64,000 nucleotides of DNA from Acidobacteriota bacterium (GTDB lineage Bacteria; Acidobacteriota; UBA890; WLXD01), in contig CAXWPH010000015.1 of the NCBI GenBank assembly GCA_963666055.2, positions 1,056,001-1,120,000 on the forward strand. Reading direction: 5' to 3'. Both the position numbers and the translations under genes were made by a program. Shown piece after piece: positions 1 through 10,644 of this stretch. How positions within the stretch are numbered: the first letter of the stretch is position 1; the number at the start of each line of letters is the position of its first letter. The notes below the pieces were generated by a model. That model ran no database searches and was not told the DNA's origin. It was given only the letters and a program-made list of their open reading frames with translations.

Positions 1-1
1 T

Positions 2-907
2 TTGGACGGCCGCATGTCCGACGCGCTCTCTGTCCCCGAAGGCGGTGTTTTCAGCACCCTTTGGCGGCCCGATTGGTTGGTGATCGACGGACAATGGGAG
101 GCGGCCCAGAAGATCCTCCCCAGCCCCGATCCGGGGCGAGGAATGCTGTTTTCGCGGTCCCAGCTGTCCGCAGGGCACTTCTATGCGTACCGGGGACAGT
201 TCGATCGGGCGATCGACCATTATGAGCGTTCCGCATCGACGGTGACTTTCCAGACGGGCGAGGGCCTGGGGACTGGTGTGCCGGCGTCGGCGCTGTTCTC
301 GCTTGCCGAGCTCGTCGGGCTGCGTGACGCTGCGGCGGCCCTCGAGGCGGCGAAGCGAGGACTGGACCTGCAGCCCGAGAGCCCCCGGGGAAACTACTTT
401 GCCGGCTTGTTTGCGCTGCGCGCCGGCGACCGCGGATTCGCCGACGAGCGACTCGCCGCCTTGCAGCAGCTTGCCGCGGCCGCGTCCGGTCCGGCCGGTC
501 CGATCTACCGGGATGTGTTGGCCGCCGAGATAGCGATCGTCGACGGCGATGTGGCCGAGGCACGCCGGACACTCGAGCAGGTCGTCGGTGAGCCGCTGTG
601 GTTCGACTGGATGGCCACGTGGGCGAACTCAGGGCCGATGTTCCACGATGCGTTGGCGCGGGCATGCCTGGCGACCGGCGATGTCGCGCCGGCGATCGAA
701 ACGCTGGAGGCTCTGGTCGAATCGGGCTGGATGCGTCTCGATTACCCGGTGACCTACGTTCGTTCGCTACACAAGCTCGGCGTGCTCGAGCTCGGCGAGG
801 GTAACGAATCCGAAGGGCAGGCGTATCTCCGTAGAGTCTTGGAACACTGGGACGCGGCGGAGTGGGCTATTGACGAGGTAATAGATGCCCGAGCCCGGAT
901 ACGCTAG
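2..907 (+). CDS. TPR-repeat protein, C-terminal part (5' truncated by window; possibly the tail of a kinase-TPR protein)
   Basis: Open from the window edge. Ala/Leu-rich helical repeats (YRGQFDRAIDHYERS, LARACLATGDVAPAIETLE, LHKLGVLELGEG). TAG stop overlaps a repeat end. Confidence 0.65.
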   Translation: MDGRMSDALSVPEGGVFSTLWRPDWLVIDGQWEAAQKILPSPDPGRGMLFSRSQLSAGHFYAYRGQFDRAIDHYERSASTVTFQTGEGLGTGVPASALFSLAELVGLRDAAAALEAAKRGLDLQPESPRGNYFAGLFALRAGDRGFADERLAALQQLAAAASGPAGPIYRDVLAAEIAIVDGDVAEARRTLEQVVGEPLWFDWMATWANSGPMFHDALARACLATGDVAPAIETLEALVESGWMRLDYPVTYVRSLHKLGVLELGEGNESEGQAYLRRVLEHWDAAEWAIDEVIDARARIR

Positions 908-917
908 CAGGCCGTGG
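904..917 (+). repeat. Short remnant of the 275-bp element terminal repeat (CTAGCAGGCCGTGG)
   Basis: 14/14 match to the left end of the element at 16286, also starting at a TAG stop codon. Confidence 0.55.
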
Positions 918-1071
918 CGGTGTACCGCGCTTCGAACGTTGGCCAGCACCGCGCGGAACTTCAACCCGACCAGCAGAGCGACCTGACCCCAAGAACGGAT
1001 CCAGAGGGGTACGAAGCGGAGTCGTTGTTTCTCATCAAGTCTGAGACTCGGAGGTCGTCGTGAGCCCTCCC

Positions 1072-1135
1072 GTGGACCCTCGCTAGGCTCAGCGATAGTC
1101 TTCAGGCGCTCAACCCACCCTGCTTCGGGAGCGCC
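1072..1135 (+). promoter_or_regulatory. Kinase-family promoter/leader (divergent copy)
   Basis: gtggac..gcgaTAGTCTtcaggcgctcaacccacc..gcgccATGG aligns with the copies at 16596, 36991, 52280 and 61664. Confidence 0.6.
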
Positions 1136-3901
1136 ATGGAACCCGGCACCAAACTAGGCCCCTACGAGATCACCGAGCAGCTCGGCGCGGGCGGCATGGG
1201 CGAGGTGTGGCTGGCCGAGGACACACGCCTGGGCCGCAAGGTGGCGATCAAGGTGCTGCCTGCGGAGTTCGCCTCCGACCCCGAGCGCCTGGCCCGTTTC
1301 GAGCAGGAAGCCCGTGCTGCCGCCGCTTTGAACCACCCGCACATCGCCTCGGTCTTCGATGTGGGCGTCGAAGACGGCACTCACTTCATGGTGCAGGAGT
1401 ACCTGGAGGGGGACACGCTCAGGGTGCCGCTAGGCAAGGGCGCACTGCCGCTCACGAAGGCACTCGGCCTGGCCACCGAGATCGCCGAGGCGCTGGCAGC
1501 GGCGCATGCTGCCGGGATCATCCACCGGGATCTGAAGCCGGAGAACATCTTCGTCACCAAGGAAGGCCACGCCAAGGTGCTGGACTTCGGGTTGGCGAAG
1601 TTGACCGAGGTGGCGGTGAGCGGGTCACCGGGCGGAGCAACGCAGTCACCCACGATGATGGGGACGGTGGCCGGTCAGGTGATGGGTACTGCCGGGTACA
1701 TGGCCCCGGAGCAGGTCGAGGGCTCCGACAAGATCGACCATCGGGCCGACCTGTTCGCCTTTGGCTGCGTGCTGTACGAGATGGTCAGCGGCAGGCGGCC
1801 CTTTGCCGGTACCAACGTGCACGAGACGCTGGGGCGTATCGTCGACAAGGATCCCGAGCCGCTTGCTGCGATCGATGCACGTTTGCCCGCCGAGGTGCAA
1901 CGGATCGCCAAGAAGTGCCTGGCCAAGGATCCGGGTCGTCGTTACCAGACCGCCACTGATCTGGCGGTCGATCTGCAAACCCTCAGGGCCGATGTCCAGG
2001 CTGGTCAGGCAGTGTCGGTCGGTGAGCTCAACCAACTGGGTGAATCGCGAGCAGCGGACGGCAGTGTTGCCGATGTGGCCAGCGGCCTATCCAAACGCAC
2101 GATTCCACTGAGATGGGCGGCGGCTCTCGTCGTGCTCAGTGCGTTCGCGGCAATGGCCGGCACCCGCGGCTTGATGACCTCCTTACCAGCATCCAACCAG
2201 CCTGTCGTGATGTTCGACATCGCGTTATCCGTGCCGTTCTCATACACGGGCCGACACATCTTAGATATTTCCAGCGACGGCACCGAGATCGTGATCGCAG
2301 CCGGAGCGCAGCTCCATCGGCGACGCACCGACGACGCGGATGCCCTCATCGCGATTCAAGGTACGGAAGGCGGCAGCCGAAGTCCGTTCATCTCCCCGGA
2401 TGGCACCGAGGTCGGTTTTTGGACCCCCGGACAAGCGGGAGGAGAGCTGCGGAAGGTATCGATCAACGGCGGTCTGCCGACGGTGCTATGCGCGGCGCTC
2501 AACCCGTGGGGCGCGACCTGGCTCGATGACGGCACCATTCTTTTCGGCCAGGGCAGCGAGGGGATCCTTCGCGTGTCTGCCGAAGGAGGAGATCCCGAGG
2601 TCGTCATAGCAGTTGCTGAAGGCGAGTGGGCGCACGGCCCGCGATTACTCCCGGACGGCGATTCCGTGCTCTTCACACTGCGAACAGGAACCGGTTCCTG
2701 GGACAATTCGCAGGTGGTCGTCGGCTCGTTGACCCATGACGATCGTCGTGTGCTCTTCGATGGCGGCACCGACGCGCGCTACCTGCCCACCGGACACATC
2801 GTCTATATCCGCGACGGAGTGCTCATGGCCCGTGTCGTCGACCTCGGCCGGCTCGAGGTCGGAGCCGAGACACGGCTGATGGACGGAGTCGCGCAGGCGC
2901 TGTCCAACCTCACCGGCGCCGGGCATTTCAATCTCTCTGCCAACGGCACACTCGCGTACGTGCAAGGGGCCGCGATGAGGTCGCGCGGTCCCCTTCCGGT
3001 CGTCTGGGTTGCCGACGGCACCGTTAGCGAGACGGTCTCCGGCGATCTCAACAGCGCGTCCCACCCGCGTCTGTCGCCGGATGAAAGCCACGTCGCCGTG
3101 ATGGTGACCGACGACGACGGCGTGAACTACGTCGAGGTTCAGGACCTGTCGCGTGGCATCTGGACACGATTGACGACCGAAGGCAACGGTCAGTTCCCGG
3201 TGTGGTCGCACGATGGTCGGAGCGTCTATTTCACCTCGAACCGCGGCGGAGAGCCGGCTATCTATCGACGGCCGATCGACTTCAGCAGGAGCGCCGAGGA
3301 AGTCTGGAGGCCGGGCGTGGAGGCGATTCTCGTGGTGGACTCAGCTTCCCGAGATGGCCGCTATCTCTTCACCACAGCCTTCCGCGACGCCACGCTCCCG
3401 CATACCTGGGTAGTACGGCTTGACCAGCCGCCGACCGCCCAGCCGCTCTTCGATGACGGCTTTCGCGGGCACGCACAGATTCATCCCAGTGGCAAGTGGA
3501 TCGCCTTCGTCAGCGAAGCGATCGGCGGACAGCCCGACGTTCTCGTGGCGGAGTTCCCCGTTGGCAGAACATGGCAGATTTCGTCCGGCCCCGGCGAGGA
3601 GCCGATGTGGTCCAGGGACGGCACCCAGCTCTTCTATCGCGAGGCCGAGAGGATGATGGCGGTGCATGTGGAAACAGATCCCGAGTTTCGGCCACAGGCA
3701 CCGCGTGAGCTGATAGCTCAATTCGTGGCCCCGACGCCCGTGGCCTGGATCGGCAGCGGCGGTTACGACGTCGCCGGCGATGGACGCTTTCTCACCACGA
3801 TCGGCACGCCCACTCGCCCCGAAGACGACGACACCCCGAGCGTTCGGGTGGTGCTCAACTGGTTCGACGAGCTGAAGCGGCTCGTGCCGACGGATCCGTA
3901 G
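1136..3901 (+). CDS. Hanks-type Ser/Thr protein kinase with TM segment and TolB/PD40 beta-propeller
   Basis: GAGGMGEV, VAIK, HRDLKPEN, DFG and YMAPE motifs. Hydrophobic segment, SPDG repeats, C-terminal VVLNWFDELKRLVP. Confidence 0.95.
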   Translation: MEPGTKLGPYEITEQLGAGGMGEVWLAEDTRLGRKVAIKVLPAEFASDPERLARFEQEARAAAALNHPHIASVFDVGVEDGTHFMVQEYLEGDTLRVPLGKGALPLTKALGLATEIAEALAAAHAAGIIHRDLKPENIFVTKEGHAKVLDFGLAKLTEVAVSGSPGGATQSPTMMGTVAGQVMGTAGYMAPEQVEGSDKIDHRADLFAFGCVLYEMVSGRRPFAGTNVHETLGRIVDKDPEPLAAIDARLPAEVQRIAKKCLAKDPGRRYQTATDLAVDLQTLRADVQAGQAVSVGELNQLGESRAADGSVADVASGLSKRTIPLRWAAALVVLSAFAAMAGTRGLMTSLPASNQPVVMFDIALSVPFSYTGRHILDISSDGTEIVIAAGAQLHRRRTDDADALIAIQGTEGGSRSPFISPDGTEVGFWTPGQAGGELRKVSINGGLPTVLCAALNPWGATWLDDGTILFGQGSEGILRVSAEGGDPEVVIAVAEGEWAHGPRLLPDGDSVLFTLRTGTGSWDNSQVVVGSLTHDDRRVLFDGGTDARYLPTGHIVYIRDGVLMARVVDLGRLEVGAETRLMDGVAQALSNLTGAGHFNLSANGTLAYVQGAAMRSRGPLPVVWVADGTVSETVSGDLNSASHPRLSPDESHVAVMVTDDDGVNYVEVQDLSRGIWTRLTTEGNGQFPVWSHDGRSVYFTSNRGGEPAIYRRPIDFSRSAEEVWRPGVEAILVVDSASRDGRYLFTTAFRDATLPHTWVVRLDQPPTAQPLFDDGFRGHAQIHPSGKWIAFVSEAIGGQPDVLVAEFPVGRTWQISSGPGEEPMWSRDGTQLFYREAERMMAVHVETDPEFRPQAPRELIAQFVAPTPVAWIGSGGYDVAGDGRFLTTIGTPTRPEDDDTPSVRVVLNWFDELKRLVPTDP

Positions 3902-3964
3902 CCGCTCAGATGACCCTCGGGATCGACGACGACGGGCCTCCAGCGCGGCTCGGGGTGAGCCTCG

Positions 3965-4696
3965 CTACGGGCGACTCTGTCGTTGCAACAACTCGGTCAA
4001 CCGATCGAGCGATGTGAGAAGGTCGGCCAGACCCCGGGCCGCGAAATCGCCGTAGAAATGCCTCACAGCCAGGGCACCGGCGAGCTCGCTCGAACGTCGA
4101 ACCGTCGCATAACCCGATACATCGACCTCGGGCTGCCCCATGAACCAAGGAAGCACCCGGTCGAAGTACGGACCCAGCTCGATGTCGCGGGCGAGTAGCG
4201 GGACCACCTGCTCGTTGACGATGGCGCGCACGACGTGCTCGTCCTCCGATGTGTCCACAAGGATCCGCCTCCAGTTGGCGAGCTCCCCTCGAATCTCATC
4301 GCTCTGGATCAGCTCGATGTCGCCCGAGGCCAGAGCCGCTTCCAGGGCATTCGCTACGGGCTCATAGGTCGACGCACCGATGACGGCGAGGACCAGCGGG
4401 TCCGGCACCTCCACAAGTCCACTGTCTCCCGTGGGAGCCACGAGATCTCGCATCAGCAGGTTGTCGCGAGTCTGCTTCTGCGTGCCCTCGAGGCGCTGCA
4501 GGAGGAGGGGCCGACTCGCCTGGAAGTCCGACAGGAGATCCGCCAGCAGTCCGGCCTCCCGAACTCGCTCGTTGCGCTCGTCCCACCAGGCATCGACAGC
4601 GAACGCCAGCAGGATGGACAGGACGACGGCAGCGCTGTCCGCCAGGAGCGGTCGCCACCGGATCTCCGATTGTCGAGCGCTTGCCTCGGGGGTCAT
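3965..4696 (-). CDS. Membrane-anchored hypothetical protein (DUF6090-like N-terminus)
   Basis: 243-aa ORF with N-terminal AVVLSILLAFAVDAWWDER TM motif followed by a helical domain. Confidence 0.7.
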   Translation of the reverse strand: MTPEASARQSEIRWRPLLADSAAVVLSILLAFAVDAWWDERNERVREAGLLADLLSDFQASRPLLLQRLEGTQKQTRDNLLMRDLVAPTGDSGLVEVPDPLVLAVIGASTYEPVANALEAALASGDIELIQSDEIRGELANWRRILVDTSEDEHVVRAIVNEQVVPLLARDIELGPYFDRVLPWFMGQPEVDVSGYATVRRSSELAGALAVRHFYGDFAARGLADLLTSLDRLTELLQRQSRP

Positions 4697-4803
4697 GCTC
4701 TAATACTGGCTGGTCTGCGTCGAACCAAGGCCGAAGCCTTGTGCTGTGGACGAACCTTGTGACTGTTTCGGTGATGCCGGCTACAACTTGCCAGGACAGC
4801 TGA

Positions 4804-5016
4804 CGCGACTCAAGAGCCGTCACCCGTCTTGAACTTCCGGCTCATCGCCTCCAGCGTCGTGTGAACCCGCCCTTCTTCGATAACCTCGATGTCAGGGCGG
4901 ACGGTCGCGTGCTCTTGCCCGACATTCGGCTCGAAGCCGGCCGGCCGCGCCAGCAAATCTACGTAGTTCTTCGCTGGGACCAAGAGGTAGTCAGCTTCGG
5001 TTCAACAGATCGCTGA
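4804..5016 (+). pseudogene. Orphan C-terminal fragment of a kinase-PD40 gene
   Basis: Start-less frame reads ...FDNLDVRADGRVLLP...QQIYVVLRWDQEVV...*, resembling the family end YDV-DGRFL...VVLNWFDEL. Confidence 0.6.
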
Positions 5017-5052
5017 GGCAGTGCGGAATCTTCCCGCCCCGATCGCTGCTCG

Positions 5053-5103
5053 GTGGTCAACTGGTTCGACGAGCTGAAGCGGCTCGTGCCGACGGACCCG
5101 TAG
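5053..5103 (+). repeat. Orphan copy of the kinase 3' tail (VVNWFDELKRLVPTDP*)
   Basis: 5057-5103 is identical to 19299-19345 (47/47) and matches 3855-3901 at 46/47. Confidence 0.95.
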
Positions 5104-5475
5104 CGCGCTCAGCCGAGTCTCGCGAGCGTTGACGGTGGTGCTGGGCTGCATCTCCCTCGGCTCCACCCCAGCCACCTCAGCGGCTTCCAGACGCAACGCT
5201 AGCTGCTGCTCTGGGATCGCCGTCGGTGTCGTTGCCAGCTTCGCCAGCGTGAGGTCGGCCAGCGTGCGGTTATTGCATTCCCGCAGTGCTGAGGAAGTCT
5301 CCAGCCAGATGCCGTCGACGTGGGCGATCTGGGTGGTTGGGGTGAGCTTCATGCGCGGGAGCCTACTCACCGTCGAGGACCCGACACCGAAAGCCCTCAC
5401 GCCAAGCCCGAAATCGGCTTGTACCACTTTAGTACCGATTCCAGGCCCCAGAGGGGTGTTTCAGGGGGTACAGAT

Positions 5476-6741
5476 CTACGGCCTTGGCAAGGATGTCTCT
5501 GATTGGCTTGCTGAAATATGGGAAGGGATGATCGGCTTATCGCGCTTCACGCGATAGCGGAACCATCCTTCCATCATCTCGTCGCGCGAGTCCCGACCAT
5601 AGACAACCTTCAGGCTCGGGTTCGGGTTTCGGGGATTGTTCTCGGAGTTGTCGAAGTGGGCAGTAACCCGAAGCTTTGTTCCCTTCGTTAGCGGCACAGG
5701 CTCCGCCAAGTAGTAGCTTAGCTGCCAGTTGAAATCGTAGTTCGGAACCGACAGCAGGATCTCTTCCCGGCCGTCTGGATAGATCACCTCGTACATCATG
5801 TCTTTGCCGCGATAGTGCATGTGGGGTTCGAGGCTTAGCAGCTCGACGTCGACGTCGAACTCCATCTCGGCGACGCTTTCATAATTCGGCTCGTACGGTG
5901 GGATCTCGATCTTCCGATCTCTGACAAGGCCGTCGCGAAGCACGTCGGTGATCGGATATCGTGCCAGCCAGACACCGACCTGGGCGCGATCGAATTCTTC
6001 CTGGCCACTCGGGTGGTAGTGCATATCGAACTGTAACGTCGATCCGGCCGGGATCACCTTGCCCGCGCCTTGCGGGAGAATGTGCGGGTGAAGTCCGGGG
6101 ATTATGTTGCCGACGTAGGTGGGGCTGCCGTCCGGACGTATCGCACTCACACTGCCGTGGTGAATCACCCGGGGATTGCCTCGCATCTCCACCGCCCTGG
6201 CCCAGATGTCCTCTGCGAGGTTTGCAGGCGCCGTGATGTGAGGGAATTGGTCCGGGCCACCCGCTGGAATGCGATACGGCTCTTCCATCTCGAAGATGTA
6301 GTCAGGTGGCCCAAGCTCGGCGCTGAGGGCCCAGCCCTCGACGAAGGCCGGCGGCGTGAATTCGCCCTCTCCCCGGGGAGCTCCCGCTGAGACCCACTCT
6401 ACGATCGTTCCGACCTGCTCGCTGGTCAGGCGGCGATCATTGGCAAACCGACCGTAGCGCGGATCTGCCTTCCACGGCGGCATGATCCGCTCGCGAACAA
6501 CTTGTCTGATCGACTTGGCCCAGGGGCGTACTTCCTCATAGGTCAACAGGGACATGGGAGCAACTTCCCCCGGTCGATGGCAGCTCATGCAGCTGTCCGC
6601 CAGTAGGGGGCCGACGTCGCGCGTCCACGTCGGCACGCTCGGTTCCTCGGCGCTTGATTGGCCGAGGCTGGCTCGACCGAGAGTCGCCACACCAACCGTC
6701 GCCACCAACGTCGCCACTGTTCCAACGAGGACTTTCCGCAT
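5476..6741 (-). CDS. Exported cytochrome c / copper type II ascorbate-dependent (PHM-like) monooxygenase
   Basis: Signal peptide, CMSCH heme motif, MPPW, and Cu-ligand motifs IHH, MHYH, PHMH and EMM. YDFNWQ also present. Confidence 0.8.
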   Translation of the reverse strand: MRKVLVGTVATLVATVGVATLGRASLGQSSAEEPSVPTWTRDVGPLLADSCMSCHRPGEVAPMSLLTYEEVRPWAKSIRQVVRERIMPPWKADPRYGRFANDRRLTSEQVGTIVEWVSAGAPRGEGEFTPPAFVEGWALSAELGPPDYIFEMEEPYRIPAGGPDQFPHITAPANLAEDIWARAVEMRGNPRVIHHGSVSAIRPDGSPTYVGNIIPGLHPHILPQGAGKVIPAGSTLQFDMHYHPSGQEEFDRAQVGVWLARYPITDVLRDGLVRDRKIEIPPYEPNYESVAEMEFDVDVELLSLEPHMHYRGKDMMYEVIYPDGREEILLSVPNYDFNWQLSYYLAEPVPLTKGTKLRVTAHFDNSENNPRNPNPSLKVVYGRDSRDEMMEGWFRYRVKRDKPIIPSHISASQSETSLPRP

Positions 6742-6799
6742 CGTGCTCTTCCCTCTGTTTCATGGCACGCCGTACCGTTCTCCAACTAACGGTCTGGGC

Positions 6800-7543
6800 T
6801 CAGCCTTCATCATCCTCCGGCGGTACCAGCTCGATCGTGTCGATCTCGATCTTCTCTCCCCTCCAGGTGCCCGCCACCCGCACCCTTTGGCCGGCGTAGC
6901 CCAGCAGCTCCTCTTCGAACTCCGCCGTATTGGTGAACTCGATGGCGATCCCGCCAAGTCGTGAGATCAGCGCCAGGTCCTCCGCCGAGTGCACACGTTC
7001 CCTCACCCAGGCGGCGGGGTCTTCGGCGTCCTCCGGCGGAGCGAGCTCCGTGCGGTGGCCGACCACGCCAGGGTGGTCCGTGTAGAACTCCTCAGGCTCA
7101 CCGACATAGAGCAGGCCCGTGTCCTGCCTGTTCCCTACGATCTCGAACTCGCCCAAAGGGCTAACGACGGTGCCCGTGACCCGATCGCCGTCGAGGCTGA
7201 GCGTGTACTCGTAGGCCCCGAACTCGACAAACATCGTGCCATCCTCCAAGCGGAAGTCATCGACTCCGACCAGGCTGTCAGCCACCGAGGTCATCTGGGC
7301 GAGCAACTCGCCGTCGGCTTCCTCCACTTTCAGAACGACCGTCTTGCCCGCACCCGAGGAGGGTGCCGCGGCGGGCATCATCTGACCCCCGAGGCGCCGC
7401 CCTGGGACTTCACTCGACTTCAGGTTCCAGGTGCCAACGGGGTCCGGCTCTGGTTCCATCGAGGCTGTGCAGGCCGCCAAGACGATGATGGCCAGCCCAG
7501 CAAACAGGGGGGGCCACAAGCCGCTTCGCAATGCTGTCCTCAT
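6800..7543 (-). CDS. Hypothetical lipoprotein
   Basis: Lipobox LAAC after a hydrophobic stretch. GGGAGG RBS upstream. Confidence 0.7.
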   Translation of the reverse strand: MRTALRSGLWPPLFAGLAIIVLAACTASMEPEPDPVGTWNLKSSEVPGRRLGGQMMPAAAPSSGAGKTVVLKVEEADGELLAQMTSVADSLVGVDDFRLEDGTMFVEFGAYEYTLSLDGDRVTGTVVSPLGEFEIVGNRQDTGLLYVGEPEEFYTDHPGVVGHRTELAPPEDAEDPAAWVRERVHSAEDLALISRLGGIAIEFTNTAEFEEELLGYAGQRVRVAGTWRGEKIEIDTIELVPPEDDEG

Positions 7544-7781
7544 CAGACCCTCCCGGACACAAGCCTACGACCCGTCTCCGAACAGGCGTGCGGCGACAGG
7601 CGCAATCAGCACCGTGCTGGCGAGAAAGCCGGCGCCGACTGCAGCTGCGAGGGGGGGGCGCCGACGGGGCTCGTCCTAACGATCATCGACGCCCTCCTTC
7701 CGCCGGCCGGGTGTTGCTCCCGCCGGCCAGCGTCAGTGTATCCGCCACGCTCGCTCGGAGCGAGGGCGGAGCCAGGCTCGT

Positions 7782-9611
7782 CTACTGCTCCGCCGCAGAG
7801 TTGCCCACACCGCCCGCATCGACGATCGCCGTCGACGACACGCCCGGCAGATCGCCGTGCACCAGCACGCCCTCCATCATCACCGCCGAAGGGTGCACGT
7901 CGGGAATGTCCTTGGGGTCGATCGTGAACAGGTCCTCGTCGAGCACCACCAGATCGGCCAGCTTGCCGACCTCTAGCGAGCCGATGCGATCCTCCAGGCG
8001 GAACGGGTAGGTGCCGTTGACGGTGAACCCGCGCAGGATCGTATGCAGATCGATGCGCTCGGTGGCGGGAGGTAGAGGCGGTCGAGTCCTATCCCCGCCT
8101 CGCGGCGGCCGGGGCGGCGCCTGGCGCGTGTGGGCGCCGTGTATGGTCAGAAACGGGCTGATCACCGAAAGGCCCCAGTCGTCGCTGGAGAAGGTCACGC
8201 GGGCGCCGGCGTCAAACATCGACTTGGCCATGTAGGTACGCGCTGTGCGCTCCGGGCCCAGGCCTCGTGCCCCCGAGCTGCCCGCGTTCGCGCCGGCGAA
8301 CCACCACGCCGTGAAGTTGGCGGAGACGTCGAGCGGCGCGAAGCGCGGTATGTCGGCGGGATCGATGATCTGGAGGTGAGACAGCGTGATTCGGGTGTAC
8401 AGCTCGTCCGCGACCGCAGCCCTCGCCGCCTCCACGGCGTCGAGGGTGGCACGCACGGCACGGTCGCCGATGGTGTGCACGTGCAGGTCGAGCCGCGCCT
8501 CGTGCAGCTCGAGGATGAAGTCCGACAAGTCGGGCACCGACATCATGGTGTTGCCGGAGGAGCCAGGGTCGTCGGCGTAGGGCTCGAGCAAGGCTCCGGA
8601 GCGATTGGCGTTGATGCCGTCCATGAACAACTTGACGGTGCGGAATCTCAACCGCTCTCCGCCATACGTCCGCTGCAGCCGCCGCATCTCCTCAACCGCC
8701 GCGAAGCGACGCTCGGGAACGAACACCTGGTAGGTGCCCTCGTAGCGCAGCGGCAGCTCGCCGGCACGGTCGAGACGGGCCAGCAGGGCGTATACGTGGT
8801 CCTCGTAGCCGAAGTTGCCGCCGTCGTAGACCGTCGTCACGCCGTTCTCCGACAGCGTCTGCAGGAACGCCACCACGCTGGCCTCGTGCTCTTCGTCATC
8901 GACGTCGAACTGCGACGTCAGGTGCTGCCAGCCCGCCCCTTCCTTGACCCACCCCGTGGGGGCGCCGTCGGCATCGCGGGCGTACATGGCGACCCCGGGT
9001 CGCGGATCGGGCGTGCTGGCGTCGACCCCGAGCACCTCGAGCGCCTTCGAGTTTAGCCAGTAGCTGTGCCAGAAACGGCTGGCGATCCACAGCGGCCGGT
9101 CGGCGACGATGCGGTCGAGGTCGCGTCGGTGCGGCCCCGTGGCCCCGTCGACGAACGCCTCGTTGGGCCAGCAGCAAAGTCGGATCCACCCCTCCCCTGG
9201 ATAGCTCTCGACGTGGTTGCGCAGCGATTCGAGGAACTCCTCGCGGCTGGAGCCGCTGACCGACCCGTCGTAGTCCTCGAGGTCTATGTAGCCGGGATGC
9301 GTGTGCCCGTCGATGAGGCCAGGCAACACGAGGCGTCCGGCCAGATCGACCGTGCGCGTGGCATCGGACACGAAGGCCGCCGCGCCGGCATCGTCCCCCA
9401 CGTAGGTGAACTCGCCGTCCGCGACCGCCACCGCGGTGGCCGATGGGTTGGCGTCGTCCATCGTCACGATGTGGCCGCCGGTGAACACCCAGTCGGCGCC
9501 GCCGTCCGAACGACCGCCGCCGCCGTCGCCAGGGCCGCAGCCCGCCATGAGTGCCGTTGCCGCCAGTAAGGTCAGCCGGACGCCGGAGATTTTGTCGGGC
9601 TTCTTGTTCAT
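7782..9611 (-). CDS. Amidohydrolase 3 family (YtcJ-like) lipoprotein
   Basis: PGLIDGHTH, KLFMDG, HTIGD, FSSD and GSLEVGKLADLVVL motifs. Lipobox MAGC. Start chosen at MNKK. Confidence 0.9.
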   Translation of the reverse strand: MNKKPDKISGVRLTLLAATALMAGCGPGDGGGGRSDGGADWVFTGGHIVTMDDANPSATAVAVADGEFTYVGDDAGAAAFVSDATRTVDLAGRLVLPGLIDGHTHPGYIDLEDYDGSVSGSSREEFLESLRNHVESYPGEGWIRLCCWPNEAFVDGATGPHRRDLDRIVADRPLWIASRFWHSYWLNSKALEVLGVDASTPDPRPGVAMYARDADGAPTGWVKEGAGWQHLTSQFDVDDEEHEASVVAFLQTLSENGVTTVYDGGNFGYEDHVYALLARLDRAGELPLRYEGTYQVFVPERRFAAVEEMRRLQRTYGGERLRFRTVKLFMDGINANRSGALLEPYADDPGSSGNTMMSVPDLSDFILELHEARLDLHVHTIGDRAVRATLDAVEAARAAVADELYTRITLSHLQIIDPADIPRFAPLDVSANFTAWWFAGANAGSSGARGLGPERTARTYMAKSMFDAGARVTFSSDDWGLSVISPFLTIHGAHTRQAPPRPPRGGDRTRPPLPPATERIDLHTILRGFTVNGTYPFRLEDRIGSLEVGKLADLVVLDEDLFTIDPKDIPDVHPSAVMMEGVLVHGDLPGVSSTAIVDAGGVGNSAAEQ

Positions 9612-9778
9612 CCACCTGGCTCCTACGCCTGACCCCGGTGCCCCCGCCACGCCGATGCAATCCTATCGCTCCGCAACGGTCGCCGGGAGGGCTGGCCGCC
9701 GACGCGGTCGCCCCGGCAGACGCTGCGCGTCCCGGCGCTCCGCCGGCGGTGACGCAGTGAGCTCTGCCAGGCTGGCGA

Positions 9779-10630
9779 TTAGCTCGACGTCACCTGTAGC
9801 TTGCTGGCCAGCCACACCGCGATGCGCTCGGCCAGGCTCGCGTGGGTTGAGAGCAGGCGGCTGGCATGCTCGGTCCCCGGAAGCATCAACAGCTCGACGC
9901 TGTGACTTCTTTCCTGCAGCGCCGCCACGATGTCGTGGAGGTGACGCTCGTCGATCGACGCGATGAAGAGCCAGGGAATCCCGCTTGCGTCTATCGCATC
10001 GATAGACTCGTCGCTGAACGACCCGGGCGAGAGCGCCACGTAGGCCTGCGCGTTTCCATAGAGCCTGCCGGCCTCGGCCATTTCCTCGCCGCTGTAGCTC
10101 CCACCCACCACGGCAATTCTGTCACCATCAATTCGCGGATGCGCTTTCAGGTACCGCTGCGCCGCAGCGACATCGACCTCTGAATCCCAAATCAGCGGAT
10201 CGCGTCGGTTTTCGCCAGGCACGACAGGCACGAATCGACCCAGATTGATGCTCTCGCCGTGTCCACGCAGATCCAGCCGTAGCGACGCCACACCCCTGGC
10301 GGCGAGTTGCGCTGCAAGGCCTTCGTAGGCCGTCCGGTTGCCCGCTGCTTTGTTGAGCATCAGTACGCCCGGGACCGCCTGTTGCGACGCCGGGAGTCGG
10401 AGGTCGCCGACCAGCTCCCAGCCATCGTTGGGCACCACAACCCGCACTTCAGCGGCGACCCGATGCCCTTCCTGGCGTTCGATCGGCGCTTCGGCCCAAT
10501 GGAAACCGGTAGCAACGCTCAGGACAGCGGCGATTACAACAGGACGGTTCTTCAAGAGATCCGTGAGGCCCGTCAGCTCCCAGTGTGCCAGCGCGAACGG
10601 GACGCTGAACCATCTCGACATCGCCACCAT
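9779..10630 (-). CDS. Alpha/beta hydrolase
   Basis: DLRGHGES, nucleophile elbow GGSYSG, C-terminal His. Start uncertain. Confidence 0.8.
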   Translation of the reverse strand: MVAMSRWFSVPFALAHWELTGLTDLLKNRPVVIAAVLSVATGFHWAEAPIERQEGHRVAAEVRVVVPNDGWELVGDLRLPASQQAVPGVLMLNKAAGNRTAYEGLAAQLAARGVASLRLDLRGHGESINLGRFVPVVPGENRRDPLIWDSEVDVAAAQRYLKAHPRIDGDRIAVVGGSYSGEEMAEAGRLYGNAQAYVALSPGSFSDESIDAIDASGIPWLFIASIDERHLHDIVAALQERSHSVELLMLPGTEHASRLLSTHASLAERIAVWLASKLQVTSS

Positions 10631-10644
10631 CCTCGGGTTCGAGC

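Noticed and set aside
5053-5103. Orphan tail as a DGR template repeat
   Set aside because: No adenine-specific mismatches, too short, and no reverse transcriptase in the window
5002-5427. Minus-strand 141-aa ORF
   Set aside because: Runs antisense through the kinase-tail repeat and has no recognisable motif, so I cannot support it as a gene
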